Source: an uncultured bacterium (lineage in GTDB: Bacteria; Oederibacteriota; JAAXVQ01; JAUVAV01). From it: a DNA stretch of 64,000 nt. The translations under genes were made by a program, and so were the position numbers. Positions 9,933-20,555 of the stretch are shown here, in pieces. The notes under the pieces were generated by a model. It saw only the letters and a program-made list of their open reading frames with translations, ran no database searches and was not told the DNA's origin. Location: the NCBI GenBank assembly GCA_963710755.1, contig CAVQBK010000003.1, positions 320,001-384,000 of the forward strand. The letters run 5' to 3'. Each line of letters starts with the position of its first letter. The stretch's first letter is position 1.

Positions 9933-11227
9933 TTAACAGTCAATCCTCCTTTAACAGCATCCATAATGAGGCCCCACAGGCCGCGTCGCTGACGCAGCAT
10001 GCGGAAAATGCGTTTTTGTTTTTCCCATTTGCTGGCACCATCCACCGTGAAAAACTCAGTCCCAGCGTCATTGATCAAGTTGGGATAAGTCTGGAACAAG
10101 TGAGGCTGCTGTTCCATAAAGTGATTGAGATTGCGGTATTTTTTAAGGTCCTGCATGACAAAACTCTTTTCCAAAGCCTGGCGATAGGAGGCCAGTCCGC
10201 TGGCGGAAAAATCGTTGGCCGCCTTGGCCTTGATCACCGCGTCCGCAGCCAGCAGGCCCGATTTAACAGCCAGGTTGGAGCCTTCCCTATGGGCGCCATT
10301 AACCAGCATGACCGAATCACCCACAGCCACCCAGCCATTACCATGAACCTGGGGGATGGCATGATAACCGCCTTCTGGTATCAGGTGGGCCAGGTATTCT
10401 TCGGTCTTACCGCCGGCGATTAAGGGACTGATACTGGGATGACATTTTAATTCTTCCATCAGGTCCGGCAATTTGAGTTTATAGCGGGCCACATCGGAAA
10501 CCAGCACGCCCATACCCAAGGAAATGCTGGTTTTGTTGGCGTATAAAAAGCCCAGGCCCACGGCACCTTTGGAAAAGGTGCCGAACAATTCAATGGCCAC
10601 GCCCTGACCGTCAGTTACATTGAAGCGGTCCTGGATTTTTTCTTCGGACAGACTGATAACTTCCTTGACCGCTGTGGCGACCTGGTCAGGCTTGATTTCC
10701 CGGTGAATGCCCATGTCACGCAAAAGAATGGAGTTCACACCTTCGGCAATAACCACCACATCTGCCTTTAAATCGCCGTCTTCAAGATTGGTGTGCACGC
10801 CCACCACCCGGCCGTTCTCCTGGAGTAAGGCTTCCACGGTGGCTTCCGTCAGAAGCATGACCCCTGCTTCTTCCGCTTTTTCCGAAAGCCAACGGTCGAA
10901 TTTGGCGCGAAATACGGACCAGCAATTGGGCTCGACACCGCTAAAGGTGGCGCTGCGTACGCCGCCGCCCACATGTCCCTGGTCGCCGAGCATCCAATAA
11001 CGCTGTTCGACAATTTCCCGTTCCACCGGTGCTTCTTTCCAAAATTCGGGTAGGATCTCTTCCAAAGGATGGCGGTAAAAAATGCCGCCCATGACGTTTT
11101 TAGAACCGGGAAAGGCGCCTCTTTCCAGCACCGCCACTTCCAGACCTGCTTGCGCCATTTTGATGGCTGCCGCCAAACCGGACGGCCCGGCACCCACCAC
11201 AATGGCATCAAATTTATCCTCTGCCAT
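9929..11227 (-). CDS. fixC: FixC-like FAD-dependent ETF:quinone oxidoreductase
   Basis: VGAGPSG, ERG..PGSKNVMGG, AEGVNS, AHLIPEGG; start MAEDKFD after GGAGG. Confidence 0.92.
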   Translation of the reverse strand: MAEDKFDAIVVGAGPSGLAAAIKMAQAGLEVAVLERGAFPGSKNVMGGIFYRHPLEEILPEFWKEAPVEREIVEQRYWMLGDQGHVGGGVRSATFSGVEPNCWSVFRAKFDRWLSEKAEEAGVMLLTEATVEALLQENGRVVGVHTNLEDGDLKADVVVIAEGVNSILLRDMGIHREIKPDQVATAVKEVISLSEEKIQDRFNVTDGQGVAIELFGTFSKGAVGLGFLYANKTSISLGMGVLVSDVARYKLKLPDLMEELKCHPSISPLIAGGKTEEYLAHLIPEGGYHAIPQVHGNGWVAVGDSVMLVNGAHREGSNLAVKSGLLAADAVIKAKAANDFSASGLASYRQALEKSFVMQDLKKYRNLNHFMEQQPHLFQTYPNLINDAGTEFFTVDGASKWEKQKRIFRMLRQRRGLWGLIMDAVKGGLTVK

Positions 11228-11612
11228 AAGACCTCCAATCATTAAATGAATAGTAAGGAAGCAGCCTATCATAAAGGTAAGTACAACGCGCGTCAAGCCA
11301 CATTCCACAGCTAGCGAGTGCCAAATCGTAAAGATAGGATACAACCAAGCGCCCTGGGTTAGTGCTTGTTGCGAAAATGGGTTTTATTTAAGTCGACATA
11401 CCGTTATGCTCGTAAACGGAATCCAGCTACAATTGATAACTTTTAAAATTAATGAATTCCGGCTGAGGACCTACAAGAATGACCACCATGGGCAATAGTT
11501 ATTTTTTAAAAACGGAAATCATTTCAAGAAAAGGGGTGATGGAGAATTTTATTTGCCCAACCTGTTCCATGTGCGTATTGCTCAGGAGCTTGAGCAAGGA
11601 TGGCGCAAACGC

Positions 11613-11933
11613 TTATGGTTTGGGACTCATGAAGCTGGAAACAATCAAGGGTTGATCGCTGTGGTTATGGATGGAATGTACTTCCTCGCGGTTAACCAGG
11701 ATCACATCGTCCTGATGGGCCAGCACGGACTCCACTCCCGATGAGATAACCGCTTCCCCTTCGAGGATGGTGATGAACTCATTGGCAAAAGGATGGGTAT
11801 GTTCGGTCATAGCCTGACCAGGCAAAAAACTGTACACAAATAAAACGGCATTGTCCGAGGAAAGCACCACTTGCCGGTGGAAAACATCTTCCTCAAACTG
11901 AACGTGTTTTTTTAAATCTTCTATGTTCATCAT
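11613..11933 (-). CDS. Cupin domain protein
   Basis: PGQ...HTHP..E....LEG, ..HSI.N. Confidence 0.85.
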   Translation of the reverse strand: MMNIEDLKKHVQFEEDVFHRQVVLSSDNAVLFVYSFLPGQAMTEHTHPFANEFITILEGEAVISSGVESVLAHQDDVILVNREEVHSIHNHSDQPLIVSSFMSPKP

Positions 11934-11941
11934 GACCTCCT

Positions 11942-12724
11942 TTAGGCCAAGGGCTTTTCAAATTTGGGACGAAGCAGGAAGGCCATAGGCACCACCAGCA
12001 CATTAATACCTACCAGTAAGACCACACTCAACCACAGGGTTTTCAATAAGGGATAGCCGGCCAGGAATAAAATGCTGTAAAAAAGGACCAAAAAAACCAG
12101 ATTGCCGATGAGGACCTGTACAGGCTCCAAATAGGGTGTGGACAGCAAGCTCATGTTGAGCAACCAGAAGATAACAAAAACCAACAAGCCCAGAATAAAC
12201 CCATAAAATAATAAATTATTCTGCCATCCTTTGGCCTTGGCCTGGAGCATGGCTTTTAGCTCCTCATGAGTGGGGGCAATCGCCAGCAGTACAAAACGGG
12301 ATTGGCCGGTGCGGTAGCCCAGCAGATGATAAGGTGTTCCATAATGAAAGCTGTCCAGGGGTTGGGAAGCCAGGGGTAGTTTGGGCAATAAGATTTCTAC
12401 TGCACCCGTAGCATCATTAAAAAGGGACGGTTCGATATAGGGCCGATCGGTTCTTGTGAAAATCGCGGCAATGGAATTATCCTGGGTGGCCGATGTAATA
12501 GGGCCGTTTAAATAAAGAAGATTCTTATAATTCATATAGTTCGGGGATTGAAGACCACGAACCTGCTGTGGCCCGCGATTGACCACTTTAAGGGCGTTAA
12601 CATATAAACTGGGGCGGCTTAATTGGGTCATGACATGAAGGGTAACCGTAATGAGGAACAAACCCAAAAGGGCCAGGCCGAGCCGCCAAAGTAGAGGTAG
12701 AGGTTTGGGAGATTGGTTGGTCAT
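11942..12724 (-). CDS. Hypothetical membrane protein
   Basis: One N-terminal TM, soluble domain, three C-terminal TMs; 1 bp from the RBS region of the cupin gene. Confidence 0.7.
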   Translation of the reverse strand: MTNQSPKPLPLLWRLGLALLGLFLITVTLHVMTQLSRPSLYVNALKVVNRGPQQVRGLQSPNYMNYKNLLYLNGPITSATQDNSIAAIFTRTDRPYIEPSLFNDATGAVEILLPKLPLASQPLDSFHYGTPYHLLGYRTGQSRFVLLAIAPTHEELKAMLQAKAKGWQNNLLFYGFILGLLVFVIFWLLNMSLLSTPYLEPVQVLIGNLVFLVLFYSILFLAGYPLLKTLWLSVVLLVGINVLVVPMAFLLRPKFEKPLA

Positions 12725-12844
12725 GAAGCCGCCTTGTGAAGGATTTGGGAATGGGTCTATACTCTTCATTATATCGGCTATAAATAGGGGCAGCAAGTTT
12801 TTTATTCATTTGCTTAAAAAAACGGCCATAAGAAAAAAATTATC

Positions 12845-12873
12845 TTGTCACCATGGCCGTATCTGGTTATAAT
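12845..12873 (+). promoter_or_regulatory. Sigma70 promoter of tRNA-Arg
   Basis: TTGTCA-17 bp-TATAAT, 13 bp upstream of the tRNA. Confidence 0.75.
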
Positions 12874-12886
12874 TTCTGCCTATTGT

Positions 12887-12963
<77 letters not shown>

Positions 12964-13005
12964 CCTTTTTTCCAGCCAAAATGGTCATCATGATGCAGGA
13001 CACCC

Positions 13006-13557
13006 TTGCGTGTCCTGGTTTTATTATGTCAGAATCAGGATCAAGCTTTGCCGGACAGGTCAGCACTGGACATACACTTTATGCAAGCGGCCTTAAAGTT
13101 GGCCCAAAAAGCCGCCAGCCTGGGAGAAGTGCCGGTGGGCGCGGTCATTGTTCAGCAGGGCAAGATTATTGCCACAGGCTATAATTTGGTGGAGCAGCGC
13201 CAACAGGTTTTGGATCACGCTGAATTGCGCGCCATCAGACAGGCTACAAAAAAAACGGGCTCGTGGCGTCTGGAAGATTGTGATCTTTATGTTACCCTTG
13301 AACCTTGCGCCATGTGCGCCGGCGCCATAACCTGGTCCCGTTTCAAGCGGGTGGTTATTGGCGCCCTTGACCCCAAGGCCGGTGCTTATCAGTCCGTGGT
13401 TCCTGTACTTGGTCATCTCCGGCTCAATCATCGGCCTCAGGTGATCAGCGGGGTAATGGCGGAGGAAAGCAGCGTATTGCTAAAGGAATTTTTTAAGGGT
13501 TTAAGAAAAAAGAAAAAAGTAGAGAGTGGAAAGAAGATCCCCTATGGGAGGGCTTGA
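13006..13557 (+). CDS. tadA: tRNA adenosine(34) deaminase TadA (start uncertain, possibly TTG 13048)
   Basis: GEVPVGAV, HAE, TLEPC.MC, DPKAGA, LNH. Confidence 0.93.
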   Translation: MRVLVLLCQNQDQALPDRSALDIHFMQAALKLAQKAASLGEVPVGAVIVQQGKIIATGYNLVEQRQQVLDHAELRAIRQATKKTGSWRLEDCDLYVTLEPCAMCAGAITWSRFKRVVIGALDPKAGAYQSVVPVLGHLRLNHRPQVISGVMAEESSVLLKEFFKGLRKKKKVESGKKIPYGRA

Positions 13558-13577
13558 CTTTTTGCCTAAAGGCTGCT

Positions 13578-13779
<202 letters not shown>

Positions 13780-13969
13780 ACTTTGCAAAATGTTGCAGCA
13801 ATAGAGCAAATGGAAAATCCAGTGCAGCCCATTTGGTTTCCAAACTATTATTTTTCATGTTAAGAAAAGTTGTTTATATTGAAAAACAGCTATACCATTA
13901 TAGTGATAGTAGGTAGGGTACAGGCTACTATTTTCATGGTCTTAGGTCTTGTTCTAAGCGCTAATCAAC

Positions 13970-14061
<92 letters not shown>

Positions 14062-14266
14062 TTTTATAATGAAAATAAATAGAAAAGGGACGCTTCGCGG
14101 TGCTCCAGTTGAGCAAGTAGCTCAATTTACGATCAAAAGATCTTGAATCAATTTAAAAAAATAATCGTTGTCATCGTCCTCAAAAACCGACCTTGCCAAA
14201 GGTGATAGTGATCTCCTTCTTGACAAGGCAAAGTGCTGTCATCCAAAAACATGATGGAGATGACCC

Positions 14267-15277
14267 ATGCCGCTGCGCCTGTTGGAAATAACGCTATCCA
14301 GAAAATCCGAGCAAGAACTCATGCAGCTTTTGGAAGACTATCAGGGGCAGCGCGTTTCCTATGAAGACGTTTCCGAGAACAACGCCTTGGCCCGCATTGT
14401 TCTCCATGCAGAAGAAATCGAACAGTTGACGGATGCTCTGGAAAGCCATTTTTCCGGCCAGGAGGATTTCCGCATGTTGCTCCTGCCGGTCGATGCAACT
14501 TTACCCCGTTTACCGGAACCATCATCACACCAAGAAGCGCCTACCCAGAATGAAAAGGTCAACGCCGAACGAGTCTGGCGGGAAGAACTTTATGACAAGC
14601 TGGTGGATGGTACCAGGCTCAACACAGAATTTCTTTTGATGACCGTATTATCCACGATTGTGGCAGCCATTGGATTGATCGAGGCGAACACGGCCGCCAT
14701 TATTGGGGCCATGGTGATTGCGCCATTGCTGGGACCCAACGTCGCCTTGGCCCTAGGGGTGACTTTGGGTGACGGGCCATTGGTAAAAAAAGCCTTACGC
14801 ATTGCCATGATTCTTTTTGTAGTAGCCCTGGCCGTATCTTTACTGATAGGGTTGGTTTTAAACGTCGATCCTTCCACTCCGGAAATCGCTTCGCGTGTCA
14901 AAGTCGGCTTGGGAGATATTGCCCTGGCTTTGGCTGCCGGCGCTGCGGCGACCTTGGCCTTCGCTGCGGGTAAGGGCGCAGCGCTTATCGGGGTCATGGT
15001 CGCGGTTGCCTTGTTGCCGCCTTTGGCTGCCTTTGGGCTCTTGATTGGCTCAGGACAGTTAGCGCATGCTTGGGGGGCTTTGTTACTTTTGGCTATCAAC
15101 GTGATTTGCATCAACCTCTCCGGGGTATTAACCTTTCTGTTCCAAGGGGTTCATCCTCTTTCCTGGTGGGAGAAAAGTGCAGCTAAGAAATACACCCGTC
15201 AGGCCATTATTTTTTGGGTCATATTATTATTGGGACTTGCACTGGTGATATGGTTTATCCGGAATGCTCAATCTTAA
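14267..15277 (+). CDS. TIGR00341/DUF389 membrane protein
   Basis: IIGAMVIAPLLGP, LIGVMVAVALLPP, N.ICINL. Confidence 0.9.
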   Translation: MPLRLLEITLSRKSEQELMQLLEDYQGQRVSYEDVSENNALARIVLHAEEIEQLTDALESHFSGQEDFRMLLLPVDATLPRLPEPSSHQEAPTQNEKVNAERVWREELYDKLVDGTRLNTEFLLMTVLSTIVAAIGLIEANTAAIIGAMVIAPLLGPNVALALGVTLGDGPLVKKALRIAMILFVVALAVSLLIGLVLNVDPSTPEIASRVKVGLGDIALALAAGAAATLAFAAGKGAALIGVMVAVALLPPLAAFGLLIGSGQLAHAWGALLLLAINVICINLSGVLTFLFQGVHPLSWWEKSAAKKYTRQAIIFWVILLLGLALVIWFIRNAQS

Positions 15278-15663
15278 GACCGCCAGCCCTGACGCCATGG
15301 CCACAAAAGAAGTCATTGCTCCCCAAATTATTGCTGATACCTGAGGCAGGGTGTATGAGGTCTTAGACGACAGCAAACCAACGTTATCCTTTTGAGGCAT
15401 GTTCTTGGGCACAGTGATAACGTCATCGCAGCACCAAAGTTCATGGGGAGAGCAGACGGGTCGAAGAACAGGGAGAGCTATAGTATAGCTTGGCGGTTAA
15501 GGATCATTTGAGTTTTAGTCCTGATGTTCAGTGGGCCAGGAAGCCTATGGGATGGGAAAGACATCAAGCCGGTACCGGCGTTTGCGTATGGGAAATATGA
15601 ACACAAATAGATTTATAGGCTGATCATTTTCAGTAACCATCATTATTAATGAAGAGGGACAAG

Positions 15664-16344
15664 ATGCACATTCCAGACGGCTATTTAAGTCCAGCCACAT
15701 GCGCTGTTTTTTATGCGGTCATGACGCCTATCTGGGCCGTGGCGTCGCGTAAGGTGCAGCAAACTCTCAAGGCCAGGCAAGTGCCCTACATGGCCATGGG
15801 CGCGGCCTTCAGTTTTGTACTCATGATGTTCAACGTGCCCATCCCGGGAGGCTCCACCGGTCATGCTGTTGGCGGTGTTTTGATCGCCATCCTTATCGGG
15901 CCTTGGGCCGCCTGTATTGCCATGACCGTCGCCTTGGTGGTTCAGGCGCTGCTCTTTGGGGACGGCGGCATTATCGCTATTGGCGCCAATTGTTTTAACA
16001 TGGCTTTTGTGTTGCCCTTTGTGGGATATTTTACCTATCGTCTGCTTAGCGCCGGCAGTCCGGGTACTTCTGTCCGGCGGGTGGTGGCCGCAGGTATAGG
16101 CGCGTATATCGGTATTAATGCTGCCGCCTTGGCCACGGGAATTGAATTTGGTCTGCAACCTTTATTATATCATACCGCCGACGGTCGGGCATTATACTGT
16201 CCCTATGGTCTTGCCGTGGCGGTGCCGGCCATGGTAGTCTCTCATTTGCTCATCTTCGGGTGGATAGAAGCCACAGTAACCGCCTTGGTGATCAAGGTGA
16301 TGCAAAAACAAAATGCAGACCTTATGGAAGGTATGGCCCAATGA
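15664..16344 (+). CDS. cbiM: Ni/Co ECF transporter S component CbiM/NikM
   Basis: Invariant N-terminus MHIPDG; GGSTGH; QALLFGDGG. Confidence 0.93.
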   Translation: MHIPDGYLSPATCAVFYAVMTPIWAVASRKVQQTLKARQVPYMAMGAAFSFVLMMFNVPIPGGSTGHAVGGVLIAILIGPWAACIAMTVALVVQALLFGDGGIIAIGANCFNMAFVLPFVGYFTYRLLSAGSPGTSVRRVVAAGIGAYIGINAAALATGIEFGLQPLLYHTADGRALYCPYGLAVAVPAMVVSHLLIFGWIEATVTALVIKVMQKQNADLMEGMAQ

Positions 16345-16676
16345 AGAGGACCAAAAAACTTTGGATAGGTCTGGTCGTATTGACGGTACTGACGCCACTG
16401 GGGCTGATTCTGCCTGACTATTTTCAAGCTGGCGCGGCCTGGGGCGAATGGGGCATGGTTGAAATTGAAAAACTGGTCGGCTACAGTCCTCAAGGGTTGG
16501 TCCGCTGGGCAAGTTGGTGGCATGCGCCTATGCCTGATTACGCCTTCCACGGCTGGGAAAATAAAGGTCTGGGGCTGCACAGCTTGACCTATATTTTATC
16601 CGCTCTTTTGGGGGTGGTAGTGACGGTCACCATAGTTTGGATCATTGGAAAAAAACTGGCGAAAAAGGATAAGTAG
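16341..16676 (+). CDS. Ni/Co ECF accessory subunit (PDGLE/NikN-like)
   Basis: LTPLGL, AWGEW, APMPDY, C-terminal TM. Confidence 0.85.
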   Translation: MKRTKKLWIGLVVLTVLTPLGLILPDYFQAGAAWGEWGMVEIEKLVGYSPQGLVRWASWWHAPMPDYAFHGWENKGLGLHSLTYILSALLGVVVTVTIVWIIGKKLAKKDK

Positions 16677-16679
16677 CTG

Positions 16680-17519
16680 TTGAGCAAAAAACATGATTTT
16701 ATAGAGCATTCCATTCTTGGGGCCGTGCGGTTTTTAAAAGAGGCGACCTTGGTTGAAGCGCAGGCCCAGCGCCAGGGGATGCTGCAAACTTGGGACCCTC
16801 GCTTTAAAACCATGGCACTGGTCGTATTGATCGTGACCGCAGTTTCTTTAAAGCATGCACAAACGATAGGGGTGTTATATGGACTTTGTCTGGTAATGGC
16901 GCTGTGGTCACGCCTTCCTCTGGGGTATTTTTTGCTCAGAACCTGGACATTCATTCCTCTCTTTTCTCTTGTGGCGGCTCTGCCGGCCTTGTTCAGTGTT
17001 GTGTCGCCGGGGCCGGCGCTATGGAGCACGAAAATATTCGGTTTTGCTGTGACCATTACCGCTCCCGGGATAAAAACAGCCGTACTTTTTGTGGCGCGTA
17101 TCGCTACAGCAGTGTCCCTGGCAGTCCTCTTGTCACTGACCACCAAGCACAGTCAATTACTGCAAGCCTTGCGGGCGTTTCGGGTTCCTCGCCCTTTTAT
17201 CTTGACAGCAGCCTTGATGTACCGTTATTTGTACCAATTAGCGGTGATGGTGGAAAATACATTTATAGCCATCAAAAGCCGGGTGGGGGTGGTTGACCAC
17301 CACCGAAAAGGACAAGTGCTGGTGGCCTGGAATATTACCAATCTTTGGAACCGGGCGAATCACATGAACGAAGAGGTTTATTTAGCCATGCACTCCAGAG
17401 GCTATATGGGGGAAGCGCAGGTCTTGAACCAAGGTAAGCCCAGAGCCAGGGATTGGTGGGCGACCATGGTGGTGGTGACCATTGCGCTCGGTCTGTTTTG
17501 GATGGAGTCCAAGCTATGA
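16680..17519 (+). CDS. cbiQ: ECF T component CbiQ
   Basis: DPRFK, YRY, KSR, AMHSRGY. Confidence 0.9.
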   Translation: MSKKHDFIEHSILGAVRFLKEATLVEAQAQRQGMLQTWDPRFKTMALVVLIVTAVSLKHAQTIGVLYGLCLVMALWSRLPLGYFLLRTWTFIPLFSLVAALPALFSVVSPGPALWSTKIFGFAVTITAPGIKTAVLFVARIATAVSLAVLLSLTTKHSQLLQALRAFRVPRPFILTAALMYRYLYQLAVMVENTFIAIKSRVGVVDHHRKGQVLVAWNITNLWNRANHMNEEVYLAMHSRGYMGEAQVLNQGKPRARDWWATMVVVTIALGLFWMESKL

Positions 17520-18337
17520 CAGAGGTTGTTTTTGAATTAAAAGGCTTGCATTATCAGTACCAGCAACGATATCCAGCCTTAAGTGATATTGATTTGACCA
17601 TTCAAGCTGGTGAGCGCATTGCGGTTATTGGTGCCAATGGCACGGGCAAGTCCACCTTGCTTCATCTTCTGGACGGGCTGCTTTTTCCAGACAAGGGCAG
17701 TATCCGGGCTTTTAACGAGGAATTAAATGAAGCCTTTTTTCAAGATCCCAACCGGGCACGTCGTTTTCGAAGCCGGGTCGGCTTGGTCTTTCAAAATCCT
17801 GACATCCAGCTTTTTTGCCCCTCTGTAAGAGAAGATATCGCTTTTGGACCTTTGCAACTAGGGGTCGATAAGGTTACCGTCGGCCAAAGGCTGGAGGCCG
17901 TGGCGCAGGCCATGAATATCATGCCTTTGCTGGACAGAATACCTCATCAACTCAGCATCGGCGAAAAAAAGAAGGTGGCTATTGCTACGGTCCTGGCGAT
18001 TGATCCGGAAGTGATTATTTTTGATGAACCGACTGCCGGCCTCGATCCTCAGACCATACGTCATATCATCGGGCTGATCAATCACGCTCACGGCCAAGGG
18101 AAAACCATTGTGGTGGCCACACATGATTTGCATATCGTGGGCGAAATTGCCGACAGGGTTTGTGTTTTTGACCAGCATAAAAAAATTGTCAGACAGGACC
18201 AGCCGCTCCCCCTGCTCACCGACCAGGCTTTTCTACAAGCCCACAATCTTATCCACCTGCACAGTCATATCCATGGTGGTCAATTTCATGTCCATCCCCA
18301 TAGCCATGCCCAAACGTCCACGGAGGAAGGCCTTTAA
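17516..18337 (+). CDS. cbiO: ECF ATPase CbiO with His-rich tail
   Basis: GANGTGKST, FQNPD.QLF, LSIGEKKK, DEPTAGLDP. Confidence 0.92.
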   Translation: MTEVVFELKGLHYQYQQRYPALSDIDLTIQAGERIAVIGANGTGKSTLLHLLDGLLFPDKGSIRAFNEELNEAFFQDPNRARRFRSRVGLVFQNPDIQLFCPSVREDIAFGPLQLGVDKVTVGQRLEAVAQAMNIMPLLDRIPHQLSIGEKKKVAIATVLAIDPEVIIFDEPTAGLDPQTIRHIIGLINHAHGQGKTIVVATHDLHIVGEIADRVCVFDQHKKIVRQDQPLPLLTDQAFLQAHNLIHLHSHIHGGQFHVHPHSHAQTSTEEGL

Positions 18338-18448
18338 AAGTCAGGCCGCATAACCATTTTGATGGATTTTTACACAAAGTTTGATAAAATACAGCCCGTT
18401 TATGGTAGACGGCCGGGGGCCATCAAGATTACCAAATCACCCTGTCGT

Positions 18449-18524
18449 GGGGCAGTAGCTCAGTTGGGAGAGCGCCGCGTTCGCAACGCGGAGGCCGACG
18501 GTTCGATCCCGTTCTGCTCCACCA
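18449..18524 (+). tRNA. tRNA-Ala(CGC)
   Basis: CCGCG-TTCGCAA-CGCGG; G3:U70 pair; ACCA end. Confidence 0.96.
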
Positions 18525-18718
18525 GTTTATGATGGTTTATCCTGCTGACTATTCATGGAAACTTGAATTTCCTGCCTTGTTGATAATACTCATTACGATT
18601 ACCCCTTACCCAGCAACTACTGTACTGCCAATATTTTTCACTAGAACCAACTACAGCCGGAAGCACAACGACTCGATCCTATAGTTAGATAAGCTCTATT
18701 ACGCCTTAGGATAGGATC

Positions 18719-20191
18719 ATGAATACTACGCCCAAATTGATTGAATCCGTTTATGATGTTTATCATCCTGAATATAATATTCAATTAAAATTGACGGATT
18801 ACCACACCGCCTGTTATCTGAGTGTTAAATTAAAAAATAAAACCTTCAGCATACAACCGAGCCATATTCGCGAAGCTTTAAACCAATATAAAATTACCGT
18901 GGGTGTAAATGCAGAGGAGATAATCACCTTATGTCAAAAGCTGCAACAAGGCCAGGTTGTTGAAAATGAGCTTATCGCCCAAGGTACCTTGCCGCAAGCG
19001 GGAACGCCGGCGTCTCTCGAGTTTTTTATTAAACCCTTTTCTTTTGAGCCTGAATTTGAGGAAAACGATAAAGGTAAGATTAATTTTAAGGAGTGCAATC
19101 TTTTTGAGAATGTAGAGGCAGAGTGTAAAATCGCGCGATGGCAGGCTGCGGTCTTGGGTCAGAACGGACAGGCGGTGACGGGAGAAGTCATACCCGCTAA
19201 GCTTGTGGCCAATTTTACGGTCAAGGCCGGCAAGGGCATGGAGGAAAGAGAAGGCCATGAATTTTATTCCACGGAAAAAGGCCGGGTAATTCTTAATCAC
19301 AACGAACTGAGTATTTCCGATGAGTATGTCATCAGCAAGGATGTGGATTACAATATAGGCCATATCGACTTTGTGGGTTATGTGCAGGTCAATGGCGAAG
19401 TCTGCGACGGGTTTAATATCACTGCTAAAAAAGGCATCCGAATCTATAAAAATGTTGGCCATTGCCGGCTTGCTTCCGACGGAGACATTGAGATTAACGG
19501 TATGAACGGCCGTAATGAGGAGGCGACCATTCATTGCGGTGGCAATCTGACCGCTCGATATTTAAATAATGTAACCGTGGAATGTAAAGGTGATATTCAT
19601 ATCTGGAAGGATCTTTACAACTGTACGGTTAAGTGCAAAGGCAAAATCATGGTCAATGGACGGGTGATTGGCGGAACCACTATCGCCTTGGCAGGCCTGG
19701 AAGCCAAAGAAATTGGATCAGACCGGGGCGTGAATACAACCATCATGGCAGGAGTGGATTACGAGGATTTGGAAAGATTAAACGATTATTATGGAAAGTT
19801 GGTGGAGACCACAGCGCAATGGAAGAGCTGGATCATTCGCTCCGTGCCCCGTGGTCATGCCTGCCTATATCCGTGGAACCTCAATTTAAATAGACAAGAG
19901 ATAGAGCAGCTTTTTAAAAATTTCAGCCTCCTCAGGAACATGGAAAACGACTTGCAACACAAAATTACTTGCCTGCGCTTAGCCCGCGCTGATTTGGCCA
20001 ATCCTAAGATCAATTTTGACCAACAACTCAGTGCCGGTACTAAGCTGGACTTGGGCGGCAGCCATGTGGATATCAAGGAATCTATCCCTGGGCCCAAGTC
20101 CATGTTGGAAGTGCAAGGACAAGAAGTGATAATTACAGATAAAACCCCGCTCAATAAAAAGTCGGTTTCCCGGGAACATGAGCCGGGTTAA
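18719..20191 (+). CDS. FapA/DUF342 family protein
   Basis: GKINFKE, G..VTGE.IPA, DVDYNIGHIDF.G, beta-helix repeats, IGGTTIA. Confidence 0.88.
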   Translation: MNTTPKLIESVYDVYHPEYNIQLKLTDYHTACYLSVKLKNKTFSIQPSHIREALNQYKITVGVNAEEIITLCQKLQQGQVVENELIAQGTLPQAGTPASLEFFIKPFSFEPEFEENDKGKINFKECNLFENVEAECKIARWQAAVLGQNGQAVTGEVIPAKLVANFTVKAGKGMEEREGHEFYSTEKGRVILNHNELSISDEYVISKDVDYNIGHIDFVGYVQVNGEVCDGFNITAKKGIRIYKNVGHCRLASDGDIEINGMNGRNEEATIHCGGNLTARYLNNVTVECKGDIHIWKDLYNCTVKCKGKIMVNGRVIGGTTIALAGLEAKEIGSDRGVNTTIMAGVDYEDLERLNDYYGKLVETTAQWKSWIIRSVPRGHACLYPWNLNLNRQEIEQLFKNFSLLRNMENDLQHKITCLRLARADLANPKINFDQQLSAGTKLDLGGSHVDIKESIPGPKSMLEVQGQEVIITDKTPLNKKSVSREHEPG

Positions 20192-20555
20192 TTAAGCCTT
20201 TGTAAACAAACAAGTCCGTCCTGCCGGGTTGGCACCACCTTTAATCCCTGTTTGGTTCTTTCGAAAATTTATAGCCATCAAGATGAAAAAGTGCTAGCCT
20301 ATAGTCCTTAATTGATCAATGAATAGCAGAATGCTTAGCCCATAAAAAAGGCTTTTACTGTGGCCAGATCTTTTATAATGCCATGGTTTCCAACAAAAGC
20401 TCAATAGATCAGTAATGTTATGCAATTAGTGATAATGTTTGCTGAGCGAGTTACATCCTATTTTATTAAAGGGTGTTCTTATTTTCCAAGTATCAAAAAG
20501 AATTGAGCCCACAACTAATAGAATAAAGCAAGATCCCAGGCCTTCCCAGGAGGGT

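Noticed and set aside
19805-19893. Odd Trp/Pro-rich segment in FapA (QWKSWIIRSVPRGHACLYPW)
   Set aside because: The alternative frame reads MEELDHSL, more like the expected coiled coil; probably a compensated pair of indel errors.
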